Source of the DNA: Vitrella brassicaformis CCMP3155
Taxonomy: Eukaryota > Protista > Chromerida
Direction of reading: 5' to 3'
Assembly (NCBI GenBank): GCA_001179505.1
Contig: CDMY01000366.1
Coordinates: 124,001-188,000, forward strand
DNA: 64,000 bases
Position numbers and translations under genes: made by a program. Below are positions 36,566-50,200 of this stretch, one piece after another (the first letter of the stretch is position 1; each line of letters begins with the position of its first letter). The notes beneath the pieces were generated by a model that saw nothing but the letters and a program-made list of their open reading frames with translations, had not been told where the DNA came from and made no database searches.

Positions 36566-39373
36566 TTAATGAGTCCCAGGCCAGTAGTTCCTTCCCAACA
36601 GAGCAGAGCTGGTGTCGCAACAGCAGACATGACATCCATCACAAATCCAGGACAGTGTCAGAACAGACAGCTTCCCCTCGATCGTCAGCACAGTCGTCGA
36701 GGGGTCGCCAATGGCTCGATTTGGGTCCGCAGGCGGCTGATCTGGGTGTCCTTGAGCTGATTGTCTGCCCGGGCCCCCTGCAGGTCCGCAACGCGCCCAA
36801 TGAATGCTCTCCTTACATGTGTGGATGTATGTTTGTACCTTAAGCATAGCCCGCAGCATCTTGATTTCCGTGTCTCGCCTTTCACTTCCCTCTCGCAGCT
36901 CACTAATGGCACGTTTAAGTCGCTCATCATACCTGCCCTGGAGCCCATTGAGATCATCTTCCATCGCCTTGTTTCGCATCCTCGCCTCCTGCAGCAGCTG
37001 TCTCTCCCGCTTCAGCTGCTCGGCCACCTCGTCTCTTTCACGAGAGCAGCCGCGGAGCTTCCTCGAGAGGTCATCGATCTTCTGTCGGCTGGCGTCAAGG
37101 AGCTTCTCCTTCTCCTTCTCAACGGCCCCAGAATACTGCTCAGCCGCCGACGCCCTCCTCTGCATCTGCTCGAGTCTCCTCTGCTCGTCAGCCCGTTCGA
37201 TGGCATGCTTGTTCTGCAGATCCTTCAGCTGGGAAACGCACGATGAATACTTGTCATTAAGGGCCGCGAAGGCTTTCCTCGTCTCTAGCAAAGCGTCTTT
37301 GTGCATCTGCACCTCGTTTCCCAGGGACCGTTGTTGCTGTGCCATTTTTTGCTGTGCTATTTTGGTTTGAACGGATTCCAAGTCAAGCCGCAGGCTGTGG
37401 TTCTCGGCTCGTTGTGCGCCCTGCAGACGGAGGAAAAGCCTGACTGAGGGTGTAAATCGTCACGTCGTGCGCCTTGTGCTGACCAAAAGCTCGATGGACT
37501 CCTGCTCATTGGCTTTCGCGCGTCGGAGGCCCTCCTTGGCCTCAGCCAGCACCCCAACCATGTTCTCGAGCTCGTTGCGTAGTAAACGGTTGTCGCCTTG
37601 CAGTCGAGACGCCTCGCTTCTCACTCGGTCCAATTCACGGCTTTTCTCCGCGTCTTGTCGCTGGAGCTTCGCATGTTCTATTTGCAAGTCGTCAAGGACC
37701 TTCAGCTTTGCTCGCGACGTCAGCTCCATAGATGTCAGTTGGGCCATGTCCATCTCAAGCTGAGTGATGCGCTTGGCGGAGGCACGTGCTTGCTCCTCGG
37801 CGCGGGCAGCGAGCTTCGACGTTTTCGTCTCCAAGAGAGCCTTCGCATCCTCAGCCTCAGCGTTTTGGCCCTGCAGTCTCGATATATCGCGATTGAGAGC
37901 CTCAATCCGTGACTGCAGACCACCATGCTCCCTCTGCAGGCCGTCTCGCTCAGCCTGAGCCTTCGTGAGGTCCCGTTTGATACTGTCGATCTCATCCGCT
38001 AGCCGCTTGTTGTCTGCTTTCGCCTGTTTCATGGCTGCGGAGAGATCCTCAGCCCTTTTCCTTTCGCTGGCGGCAAGTTGGGTGGCCTGATCGAGCTGGG
38101 CACCGGACTTGTTGGCTTCTCGTGTTTTGTCGCGGAGGTCTCCTGTGAGTGAATCGACTTGGGGCTTCAGTGCCCTCACCTAAGATGTAAAATGAGGCAG
38201 GCATCCACACATCCAAACGAAGGAGACATGTGATCGTCACCTCTTTTCTGGCATTTTCGCACTCTTCATCGGCGAATGACTTGTCCGTCAACAAGTGGTC
38301 GTAGCTCTTCTTGAGGCTGGTCAATTGCTGGCTTAATTGGCGGAGCTCCTTTTCAAGAGCGTCATTGTCAGCTGTTAACTGAAAACACATGTATGTCGCC
38401 ATGTCTCCTCGTGGCAGCCAATATGTGAGTTCGCGCACTAGAGTACCTTTTTGTTCCCAGCCTTCAGGTCATCCGCTTGCAGCGAGAGCTCGGCCTGCAC
38501 AGCTTGGCTTGCATCCAGATCGTTTTGCAGCGAGACGACGGTCTGGCTCTTCTCCGTCAAACCCCTCAAGTGGGAGTCAGCTTCCTTGTCTAGGCGGCTC
38601 TTCACCATCTCCAATTCTTTGAGCGCTCCTGCCGAGGCTTCATCTCTTGCCTTCAGTGACTTGGTCAATCTGTCAATCGTCCGCTGTTTGTCCTGGACGT
38701 GGCCTTCTGAAGCCAAGAGCACCGCTTTCGTCTCGTCAAGTGCTGCCGCAGCCATGTCTCTCTCATGTGTCGTTTGTGTTAGCCCGCCTTCCAAGGCGAC
38801 TTTCTCGTCCGCGAGGCGTCCAAGGTCCGCATCTTTTTCGGCCAGCTGTTTTCTCAAAACCTCGATTTCGGTCTCCAGTGATGTCATCTGTGCGCTCACT
38901 TCCCCGCTCTGTTGATGAGAGGTTTCCTTTGCCTCCTCGAGCTCCAATGTGAGGCGCTGAATCTAATCTCGGCTTTGGATTGCCGATTGGTCAGCTCTGG
39001 CCGCCGTCAGGTCTTCCTCGTGCTTCTTGGCGATGGTCTCGATCTCCTTCTCCAGCTGCTGGATGCGTTGGGGGGCTTCGCCGTTTCTTTCAGCGGCATT
39101 CTTGGACAGCTGTTTCTGTTGGTTCTTGATTTCGGCCTTGAGGTTTGCCAGAGAGGCTGCCTTGTCCTCGAGCTCTGCATCGAGCTGTTTGATCCGATGC
39201 TCTTTATCCGCATGGCTCTTGATCCGCTCTGCAACGGGAGAAGGGACAACATCATGAAAAAGGGGATCCGGCACCGAAATGAGTGAGGCTCCCCCACCTT
39301 TGAGTTCTGCTTCTCGCGCTCTCAGCTGTTGCCATTCGGTATCGAGCTTCTTTCTCTCCTCCGAACCAGCCAT
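36566..39373 (-). CDS. Long coiled-coil protein (possibly cytoskeletal/flagellar) with an in-frame TAG at 38963-38965
   Basis: Heptad-rich E/K/L/Q/A ORFs 38963-39391, 38438-38947, 38049-38438, 37460-38179 and 36566-37381 join via GT-AG introns, except across the TAG. The 3' end is uncertain. Confidence 0.7.
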
Positions 39374-40999
39374 TCCGAGCCATTCAACCAACGGAGTCTA
39401 CGTCACACCGGCTGACGGTTGTGGACCGTTGCGGAGGCTTCATTTGCAGGGCTGCAGCCTTGGTGCTGGTCTGTGACGAGTTCATTACGCAGGCCATGTG
39501 GGGAATTCTGTGGTGTGCGGATGCTTGGAGGTGCCCCCGCGACAGGCTTTTCACGGGCGGATTTCTTTCGATGAATTAGCATCATTGAGTAGTGGTGGTG
39601 TGTACCGTGCATCGTCCGTATCACAAAAGATCAGAAGAGTCAGCCACCGTGCACATCAATCAGAAGAAATCGACTACCGTCGTACTTGACTCAGACACAT
39701 CACAGCCCATCCCTCCACATTGACGACTGACTACATGTAAGGATGGACATGCGCGTACGGTGCAGCAAGCCCAGACCCACGCGTACGTCGGTGTGAGCAT
39801 GTGGTGCATGTGTTGTGCGTGCGGGCGCACACTACCGAAGGAATGAAGGCTCCGTCACGGTGTGCTTTACGTGTGCATGTACCACGTATGCCGCATGGAC
39901 GCTGCACAACCAGAGAGCCAAGGGAGGGAAGAGACTGACTGACTGACACAGACAGAAAAGACGTGCCCGCAACTCCACGCAAGGGAAGGACGCGTGTGTG
40001 CGTGCAGCAGTCAATTCGCGTAATGTAATATTATTGCATGTATGTATGTGTAGGTATCATGAGTGATCGAATGAATGAATGGGTGAAGCATGTGCACACG
40101 CACACACACGTGTGTATCCCATCCCAGACAGTAGTACTTGTGTACATTATGGTATCCCAGTTGGTCGCCCGCCAACCATGCATGTACTGTATCCATTAAG
40201 CATATGTATAGAGTCACCACCCGCCCCCTCAGCGCATTCCATTCCTCGCCAGCCAAGATGAGATACATACACGAGTAGCATCAACTATCACCACACACAC
40301 ACAGCACACACAAGGCTGCGCACGACCGAGCAGAGAGGGGGCGCGACACAGATGGCAGGCAGGCAGCTATTTCTCCATCGGTATATCCTTCGCCGATCGA
40401 TCCATCGATGGCATCAAGGCCCGCCCTTCAAATGGTGACTCAGCCACACGCCAGACCTAGACGCAAACAGGCCAGCCATTTGTCGCGTCTCCCGGCCGCC
40501 ATTGCCATAGCATCAGGCCCAGGCAAGCCACCCTGCAGCCGCTCGGTCCGCTCACTAGGCACTTGTAGTACAAAAAATACCACCCTCAACGGCTGGCTGT
40601 CACACGACACGGTATCGTACGAACAGCAGAGAGATAGAAAATTACAGCAACAAAGACAGACACCGATAGGCTGGGAAGACGGACAGACGGACAGATACGG
40701 GGCGTCCATTCAAATGCGATCCAACCCATCAGTCAGCAGGAACAAGCCGGGAAGAGAAACAAGTCGTTTTCCGCAAGACCAAGCCAGGCCCCCTCATTAA
40801 TGCATCGTATATGGAGTCGTCAGCATGTATACACGCAGCATATTAACAAAACAACTACGTACACTGGAGTAAGTCGAATGGTCACGAGTCGGTGGTTCCC
40901 CATCCCTTTTGACGGAAACCCAGATAGACAGAGCCAGGCGATTCGTGAAGGTGATACATCTATCCATGTAATTACGAAGAGGCACGTCATATAGCATTC

Positions 41000-41149
41000 A
41001 CACACATACATATACATATACACATACACGTACACATACAGACGTAGACGTACACACGCACACACGTACATACATACATACATACACACATGTATGCATA
41101 TACACATACAGATAGTTGCACACATGGATGCGTGTACGTAAATACATAC
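41000..41149. repeat. Degenerate alternating purine-pyrimidine tract (CA/TA/TACA)
   Basis: cacacacatacatatacatatacacatacacgtacacatac... extends for about 150 bp. Confidence 0.85.
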
Positions 41150-41326
41150 TTCTCCCTTCCTTCCTTCCTTCCTTCCTCTCTCTCTGCGTCCGTGAGTGCG
41201 TGTGCCGGGCCGATCGACCGACCTGCGAGCAATGCAACACATCTTTGTCATGCAGCGTGAGCCTGCCTGCTCGTCCACCCAATCCAAAACGAGCGACGCG
41301 TCAATCACAAGGACAAACACACATGT

Positions 41327-41380
41327 GAGAGAGAGAGAGCGAGAGAGAGAGAGCGAGAGAGAGAGAGAGAGAGAGAGAGA
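41327..41380. repeat. (GA)n microsatellite
   Basis: Almost pure GA dinucleotide run. Confidence 0.95.
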
Positions 41381-43247
41381 CCCCCCACAAACCGACCAAG
41401 AGCGGATGAGAGACGGAGGCCACGGACAGCACCGAGTGAGTGAGAACATGTATGCAGCATAGCTCTCTGCATCTAAATGAATGAACGGTTGACCTTTGGC
41501 AAGAGAGGCACGTAATGAGCCAACGAACGAGGCCCGTGACAGACAGACAGACGGAGAGGCCCACGAAGGGAATGGGAAGAAGGTGTACGTACGAACATCC
41601 ATCCAGTCATCCAGTCATGGCACCAACTGGGCTCTTCTCTGCCTCTCAGATGTGTACGGTCGGTTCCAACATAGACACACACAAGAGAGATGGAACTAGG
41701 CGCATGAGAGAGCATGCACACAACAGAGAGACGGAGTGATGGGATAGAAACGAAAATGATCCAAGCCTCCGATAAGATAAATACATACACGGATGGCCGT
41801 AGCCGTACATGCAGCCACCATGATAACAAAGTCCGCACAGACAAGATAACAAAGTCCGCACAGACAAGACAGACAGACAGACAGCCAAGCAGACAGGCAG
41901 GCAATGATGCGCCAAACAAGCGGTGCAGCGAGGCAGCGAAGCCGACACCTAAGCGAGAGCGACAGACAGAAGGAAACAAGGGAATGCAAAGCGAGAGGCG
42001 ATTCATCATGAGACAGACAGACAGACAGGCACGCACATAGACAGATGAATAAGCGACGACGACCATCCCGTCCACGTTTGGATGCCATGCACCCCCGCAC
42101 ACGTAGGCAAGGCACGCACTGTCAGATAGATGATAGGGGCAACAGGGCAAGGAGGCTAGCTGCACACAAGAGGGAGAGCTGGCGGGCGAGAGGGCGACCG
42201 ATTTCGATCATTCTCTCCCACACACACGTGAGAGACAGACCCATCGACATCGACTGACTGACCGAGGAACCCACTGGCACCGACATGCTCCCTCCCTCAC
42301 CCAACACCACACGCACATTCATAATACACACACACACACACAGACACACACACGTGGATGGGCCGAATGATGAATGGGTGCAAATTATAAGCGGGGCGGT
42401 GGGCACGACACACAACAAACACAACACAAAACAGGCACACAAGCAGGAACACAGGCAGGCAGGCAGGAAGGTGGGCGGCATGGGCGCGTTGCGTGAATGC
42501 ATCCATGCACATCGACCTAGCGGAGCACGGCATGTGAATAATAAGGAAGATAACATAGCCAAGCCACAAAACAACCAGCCGCTGACCGACGCTTTTCTCT
42601 GTGGTGTTCGCTGTCAGCCAGCCCTCTTCCTCCCCTCGCGGACACGCACACAGAACCATGTCGCACGCTCAATGGGTGATGAGTGCATGACAAGGTTGAG
42701 TGTGGGTCTGCCACGACTAGAAGGAAAAGGAAAAGGCGGAGACACACAACACTGGACGTGGCCCGTCCATCCATTCATCCATCACCTGTCGGACCATCAA
42801 TTGTCGCGTGCACACAGGCAGGCCAACAGGCAGCTCCATGAGGCGGGCGATAAAAAAACACTCATGATGGGATGGGACGCGAGCTACCGTGAACTAGGCA
42901 ACTGTGCTGGGAGGCGGTGCTCCGGTGTGTCTCACCAGAGGCACGGCACTCATCAATCAATGAATGGATGGATGGATGAATGAGTGAGTTGACGCATGAA
43001 GACAGACAGGTATGTATCTGTGTGTGTGTGTGTGTGTGTATGTGTATGCAGGTACGTACGCATATACCGAAACAAATAGACCAGCGTGTGTGCCGTGCCG
43101 TGTCGGAACCGATATCGATGGACCCGACCCAATCAATGCAATGCATGTAATGGATGATGGGATGGTGAATCGCCCGCCACGCCATTCTGAAAGGCATGGC
43201 GAGGCCCACTCTCTCCTCATCGGTCTAGCTACTCACTGCTCTCTTGA

Positions 43248-43281
<34 letters not shown>

Positions 43282-43822
43282 GATGCCCTCCTCTCCACAC
43301 GCAGCGCCCCCCTCCCTCCCCCTCCCCTCCCCCCTTCCGTCAGTCGGCAGACATCTATCTGTCTAAGCAGCAAGTCAGCCAGCCAGCCAGCCAGTCCGTA
43401 TGGAGCTCTGCACACTCAGCAATTACCGAGATATATATTCACAGCAGGGGGCGCCCAACACCCGCGGCCCACCCGGCCCCACACGCACGCGATAATAGAT
43501 AGAATAGCGCGCACGAAGGGGGCCGTCAGGGGCCGTCAGGGGATGCGAGGGCGCCGCCAAGCTCTATCCGTTCCATTACATTCGATAGATCCATCCAAGA
43601 CGATAGGATGTCCATGCTACGATACGATACGATACGGTCGACCAATCCACCCACCCAAATGGGGTAAAATGCCCGCCCGCCCATATATGGCTGTCCATGC
43701 CTGCCTCTCCGTCGACATGTCTGCCTGCCCCATCCCTCCCTCCCTCCCTCCCTCTACATCTACATCTACATGCTGTGGGGGTGCGTGTATATGTATGGTG
43801 TCGATCCATCCATCCATCCATC

Positions 43823-46550
43823 TCACTGTCTGATGGTTGGGTATGAGTATGCCCCGCCGTACTGCTCGGGTCCTGGTGTGGGGTAGTGGGGGCCGCCCGG
43901 CATCATCTGGGCCGCACCCAGCATTCCACCCGCACCAGCCGCACCATGGTGCATCATACCTGCAGACCAAACACACACACACACACGCATTTCTGCTCTC
44001 CCTGTGAGTGAGTTCCATGTCTGTGCATGGCGTGGTTCAGCAGCTGACTGACCGGCTTGAATGTCGACAGGTGGCTGGTAGGATGGCGCCTGCGAGGAGG
44101 TGGCTGTGGGTGGGTGTGCGGCTGTGGCGAACATGTGGGGTGCGGGTGCTGCACGGGGGTCGCTGCAGAAGTGCTCCTCGCCCTTCTTGATCTGCACCTT
44201 GAGGCGCTTGCCAGCCACCGAGAAGCCGTTCATGCCGATGACGGCGTTGGCGGCAGACGCAGGGTTGTCGAAGCTCACGAAACCGAACCCCCTGTTGCGG
44301 CCCGTCGCCTTGTCCGTCGTGATGCGGGCACTGGGCATTGCATGCGTGAGACAGACAGACAACGGATGTGTCTGTGGTTGTGTGAGCGTGTTGGTTGTGC
44401 CGTGTGCACAGACCTGATGATGTGTCCGTAGTGTGCGAAGTGGTGGATGAGGTCATTCTCCGACCACTCGTTGGGGATGTGGAAAATAAACAAATTGCTA
44501 CCTGCACACACACACACACACACACACAACACGTGTGATAACCCACCCCTCTCTGTCTGTATGTCTGGTGGTTGTTTCTGACCTGGTGGCCCGTGTGTCT
44601 GCGACCCTGCTGCCGTCGGTGAGACGTTCAGCTGCACATTGCCCAACTGACACACCACACACACACACAGACAGTGGTCGTGATGACATAGCCGCCGTCG
44701 GTCGGTTCATGCGTGTGTGTGTCGGCATGTGGGTCAGTACAGTACCCTCATGGCGGTAGCGCCCCGCTGCGCGAGGTGGCTGCCGCCGTATTGCGGTGCC
44801 GGCCGGGGTGCGTCCATCTCGGGCGGCCTGTCCCACTGAGTCACGCCCGTCATCTGGTTGTGGTAATACGGACTGCATCACCCATCACCCATCACACACA
44901 CCACGCACACACACCACATTGACACACCCTGTCTGTTCATTCGATTCGGTAGCTGTCGCGTACCGTCCTTCGTGTGTGAAGTACTCGCGCCACGGCTGCA
45001 CATACAGACACACAGACACACACCTTCGGTTGACCGGGTCCGTGTGGTCCATGTGAGCGGGCTCACTTCACTTGATTTGCTGGCTTACCGACGGCGGTGC
45101 GGCGGGTGGTGTGGCCTGTGTGGGTGGGTAGGGCTGGATGGCCTCTGCGCCGATCTCCTGCATGCCGGGGAGCTGGCCGTACGGCGACCCGCCGTCCTTG
45201 CTCAGCGCCGTCCGCTTGTTCTCCGCAAACCTCACCTCGATGGGACGATCCGAATTCTGACGATATTTATATAGCCACACACACACGCATATAGAGGGGC
45301 AGAGAGGGAGAGAGAAGGAAATGAAGGCATCGTGAGCGCTGTGGTGTGTTGTGGTGTGGTGTGAGCATTTCCTTCGTACAGGGAGAGTGACTTTTCCGTT
45401 GAGTTGCTGGATGGCGTAGAATGCCTGCTCCTTGTAAGCGAACTTGACAAACGCACACCCTGCAAGACACACACACAGCACACGACACACAGAGAGATGC
45501 GCATGGGTGGCTCGGGAAGAGGGTGGACCGACCTTTTGACTGTTTGAGGTTGTCCCTCATAATGAAGACCTCTTCGATGGTGCCGTGCTCCTCAAACACC
45601 CGCTGGATGTCACTCTCAGTCGTCGTCTTGGGCAAACTACCCACAAACAACTTGGCCTATAGAATATGTATGCGCACACACACCCACACCCAATGGCCCG
45701 GCTCGCTGCGCCGCGTGTGGTGCGGTGTGTGTGTGTTGCAATTAATGCTATTTATCTACCTGGTCGACGCCAGGCAGTGCGTTGTCGAGTGGGAGCCCCA
45801 GCCGTTCGTGTTCGCCCACGGCATACTTGATGGTCAGCGGCCCCAGCGACTGGTCGAGCACCTTGATGTTGTTGAGCGCACGCACCGCAGCATCCGCACT
45901 CGTGATGCTCGCGTAACGAACAAACGCACAACCTGAATAGTGGGTGGACACACCATGTAGTAGAGCCAGACAGACAGGCAGGTGCAGACAATACTCATTT
46001 GTGTCTATGGATGGGGAGGTACGTACCCTTGTGCGCCTGTGTTTCCCGGTCCCGTATAATCGCCACATCGGTGATATCGCCATACGCACTAAAGATCTGC
46101 ACACATCCCACACAACACACGACACACACAGACACAACCAATCAGCCAGCCGCGCCCGCATCCATCCACCCATCCATCGACGTGCACAGGAGGTACCGTA
46201 CCACTCGTAGTGTGTCTTCGTTCATGGTCCGCGGCACTCGTCCGACGAACAGCTTGACCTCCACAGGCGGACACCCTGACCCACCCGCACCACCCGCACC
46301 AGGCGGCCCGGCCCCGTGTGGCGGGCCGCCCATCATGCCACCTCCAGTGGCGGTAGACGCCTGCTGCTGCATCGCCTCACTCGTTGACGGGGCTGTCGGA
46401 GGCACTGTCCGACCGAAGAACACACAACCAACACACACGACACATAGGTGTGAAGAGATGTGTCCGTTGTCCTGTGGTTGGTCAGCGCGTACCTTCGTGT
46501 GAGGCGCTGGTTGGCGGTGTGGGCATGTCAGAGGGGGGAGGGTGCATCAT
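43823..46550 (-). CDS. CELF: CELF/Bruno-like RNA-binding protein, 3 RRMs
   Basis: [15 protein letters not shown]; [22 protein letters not shown]; KLFVGSLPK...GCAFVKF...VRFAE; [13 protein letters not shown]...[39 protein letters not shown]. Confidence 0.92.
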
Positions 46551-47299
46551 CGCGCTGGACGGTCGGACAGCGAACCGAAGTATCCGACCACCAACAGCCG
46601 CCGCCCTGATACACCGAGAGGAGAAAACAGAAAACACGGCAGAGAAAGAAAGCAGCCACAAAGCAGAGCAGTTCACATCACATCTGGCAAAACACTGCAG
46701 CCAGCCGTTGTGTGCTCTGCTCTGTCTGCGGCCTCCCTGCCCTGTGTGTTCTTCCTCTTTTGTGTCGTGCACTGCACTGCACTCCACACCCACCAGGAAA
46801 CGAGGCGCGAGATGGCGGCTCAGCCGGTGTTGTAGTCGAATTGCTGGCGCGACGGGGAGAGCAGCGCCACTCGCTAAATGGTCGGTCGAGGTCAGAGCAG
46901 AGGGGCGCCGCCACGAGATGGAGACAGACAGACAGACGATATAGATAACGCAGAATAGAGGCCGGCTCCGACAGGGACGCAGGCAGCGAGATGGGGCAGG
47001 GCAGACACTTGGACACACTGACTGGGCAGACTGACGTACACACGACTATAGCACCAGCACCACTAACGCACGCAGGAAGGACACGGCAGCAGCGCCACAC
47101 GACAGCAGACGAGAGGAGGAGAAGAGCGAGATCGCCGCCGGCGGCATACGTCTTCCAACTCTTTCTCTGTGCCCTGCTGCTGCCCCTGCTTTAATTGTGA
47201 GATCAGCAGAGAAAACGGGAAGGAAGCGGCTAAGCTCGTCGCCCCGAAAAGCCCAGCCCTAACCCAATCCTAGTACCCCCCAAAGCCCCCAGGGAGAAG

Positions 47300-50200
47300 A
47301 TGGCTGGGACACTGACGTTCAAAGGCATCGGCGTTGACGTCCCTCAGATGCCCCTTTCAGCGTTTCTCAAGTCTGGCACGTCACCGGCGGGGAAAAGGAC
47401 CGGAGCTCCGTCGGAGCGTAAGGAGGTGATTCGGTCCGTCTGTGACACGCTGGGCTTCGAGGCCGAGAGCCTCTCGCGCCTCCTCGAGGGCGAGTGTGAC
47501 AATAACCACCTGCAAAGAGGTGAGGCTTCACGAGACGGCAGGAAGATTCGATGGATCTTTCGCCTGTGGTGCAGGTGAGTTCCTGAATGTGCTGGCGGAT
47601 GCGCTGGACGGTCTAGCCCGGATTTCCCGAGTTGGAACACCCAACCTGGCGAACACATCTATAAGTGAGAACGCGCCGCCGTCTCCGACTCCCCAGCCGA
47701 AGTCTCCTCCACCCACCCCCTGCTCCGTCTCATCCGCCACACATCTGGTGCCGAAGCCGGCCGTCGGGCTGTCGCCGAGAACAAGAGACCAGCCCGCCAT
47801 GTACTCCCCCTCCCCTCCCCTGTCAGCCACACTGCGAACGACGACTCGCGAGGGGACGCGAAGCACTCTCGGGTCACGGCTGCAGCAGCCCGTCACCTCC
47901 CCGCACCGCTGCGTGTGTGATGACCCCCTGATCTCCTCACCGTTCGCCAAGGAGGGGCCCTTCTTCTCTCCATCTCTCTCGTCATCAGCCACCCCTTTTG
48001 CGAGACTTCGTGCCCGACCCGTCGCCTCGGCGGCTGGCTGGAGTGACAAACACCGCGACAGGGAGAGGGTTTCAACAGCCGAGAGGACACTGCTGGTTCG
48101 CGAGGCACAGCTGCGGGAGATGGCTCGGAGGCTGCAGCAGAGAGAGAGGGGGGATCTGTCGGGGGCGTCATCTGCAAATGGTGGGGGTGGGGGGACTTCG
48201 GGAGGTTTAGGTGGGTGGGATGACGAGAGCTGCTATGGCGGTGAGAGGGACTTTGAGTTGGTGGAGGGGCTGGAGCGGGCGCTCAGCCGGCTGGAGCAAG
48301 AGAATGAGAAGATGCGCAGCATACTCATGCTCAAAGTGAGAGGAGAGGAGAGATGGGACGAGCTCCACATGACACACACAGGTCTCTTCCTGTCTGCATG
48401 TCTCTCTCTCAGACACAGCAGATCTCCCTTTTGCAGCAGGAGCTAGACCGCCGCGGCCCCTTTCCCTCATCATCCCCCTCTCGCCCTTCATCGGGCCGCA
48501 CCACACCCAAGAGACACAGATCCAAAACACCCCTACGCACCAAGAAAACTGCAAAGGGCACCACCACCATCAGGAAGCGCCCACCTGGCTCGGGTGCAAG
48601 CGTCTCCAGTCGCGCATCGAGTGCCAAGAGGGCCACTCTCGTCAAGAAGAAATCGCAGCAAAGGTGAGATGGCATTGAACGGAACGTGCCGGCCAAGTGT
48701 TGTGGTTGTTGGCACCTCTATCTGTGTGTCCATCTGTTGCAGGGGCGGGAAGGCCGCATCTCGCTCAGCGACGAAGAGGGCGGTGTCTCCCGTGACTCCG
48801 CGGCCCGACCCATCGGCTCAGGCAGCCATGATTGAGATGATGCAGCGAATTCGGTACCTGGAAGAGCAGCTGGCTGCCGCACAACAGCAACAGGTATCTA
48901 TCAATCAGCACATGCTCCGGAGAACCCACCACAAATTCTCGGCCCTTTCTTTCCACAGGTCGAGCAAGCCACGACCCCCGCACCAGTAACCACCCCAGCT
49001 GGTGTGAGCACGCCCTCCGTCTCTGTGCGTGTGCGGGCCACCCGGTCGCCCCGTGACGGCCCTCCGACCACGGTTCAGTCTCCCTCGATGAGCCCCTCTC
49101 TGCCGCATGGCACCTGCCAGTGGGAGCATCAGCTGAGTCCCACGAGCAATGTCAGAGTGCGTGTCAATGTGCATGGGAGGGGCGGCACACGGTCGGCAGC
49201 CGGCAGCCCCAGGAGGGGCGTCGATCGCACTGCTGCTTTTCCACAGTACACTGCCAGGTCTGGTGGCTGCCGTGATAAGCAAAGTAGACACACCCCTTAC
49301 GAAGGGTAGAAATGGTCTTGACTCTGTCTATATTTCAGGTCAGAGTCTCGTTCGCCGGAGACGGCGAGTATGGCCAGCCCTCTCACTGTGTCTCCGGGAC
49401 CGTCCCACATCCCGCAATACGGTGGAGACGTAGCAGAGCAGCTGCCCCCATCAATGATGACCCGGCACATGGATGCTGACGACAAATTGGCTCCACCCGA
49501 CGGCCTGTCGAGCAGCGGCGGCGTGGCCTTCTTTGTTCCCGTGGGAGCGGAAGCAGACGGAGGGGAGGCTCCCGAGGACGGACAGCGTCAGGCAGCTGCG
49601 GCTGACAGCGTCAAGACGCCCCTCTGGTGTTACTTTCAAAGGCACCAGGAATCGCAGCAGCGCAAGCCGCCGCCTGCGAAGAGGCAGAGGCCCCTGAAGA
49701 GGCCACTCCGGAAGGGGAAGAAAGCGGCCAAGACGCCCTTGAAGCTGCTGAGACGACACGTGAGGAAGCAGCCGCAGCCGCAGCCGCAGGCTGCGCCTCA
49801 GGAGAGAACACCGTCCTTCACCGACCAAAGAGACTCGCGACGGGTAGACGTCGACGTCGGGCCTCCTGCCGAACAACCACCGATACCCCCGCCAGAGCAG
49901 CCTTTTCCCTTCCCCCCTCTCACGCCACCCACAGTAGCCAAGTCAGCCAAGTCAGCGGCCGCCTTTCCCATCCCCCCCAATACATACACCTTCCCCTCCC
50001 CTCCCTCCCGGCTGAGGCCGCGCACCCTCGCTCCATCTCCCTCGGAGCCTCGCATACGCATCCTCAGCCCCGGCCACACGTCCGTTGGCGGCATATCCAC
50101 TTGGAGCGTGTGTCCGAGCATCAAGAGCCGCATCGACCCTATCATCAACGAGCTCGTCCCATACAAGTATCATGACTACTCCATGTGTCTCCCCAATGGG

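Noticed and set aside
40820-43833. Long ORFs (230-273 aa) rich in C/V/S/L or H/T/R/Q
   Set aside because: They are translations of CA/GT/GA/GACA microsatellites, with no domain content or consistent splice structure.
47257-47265. Telomere-like CCCTAACCC in the CELF/orphan spacer
   Set aside because: It is a single 9-mer, which is expected by chance; it is not an array.
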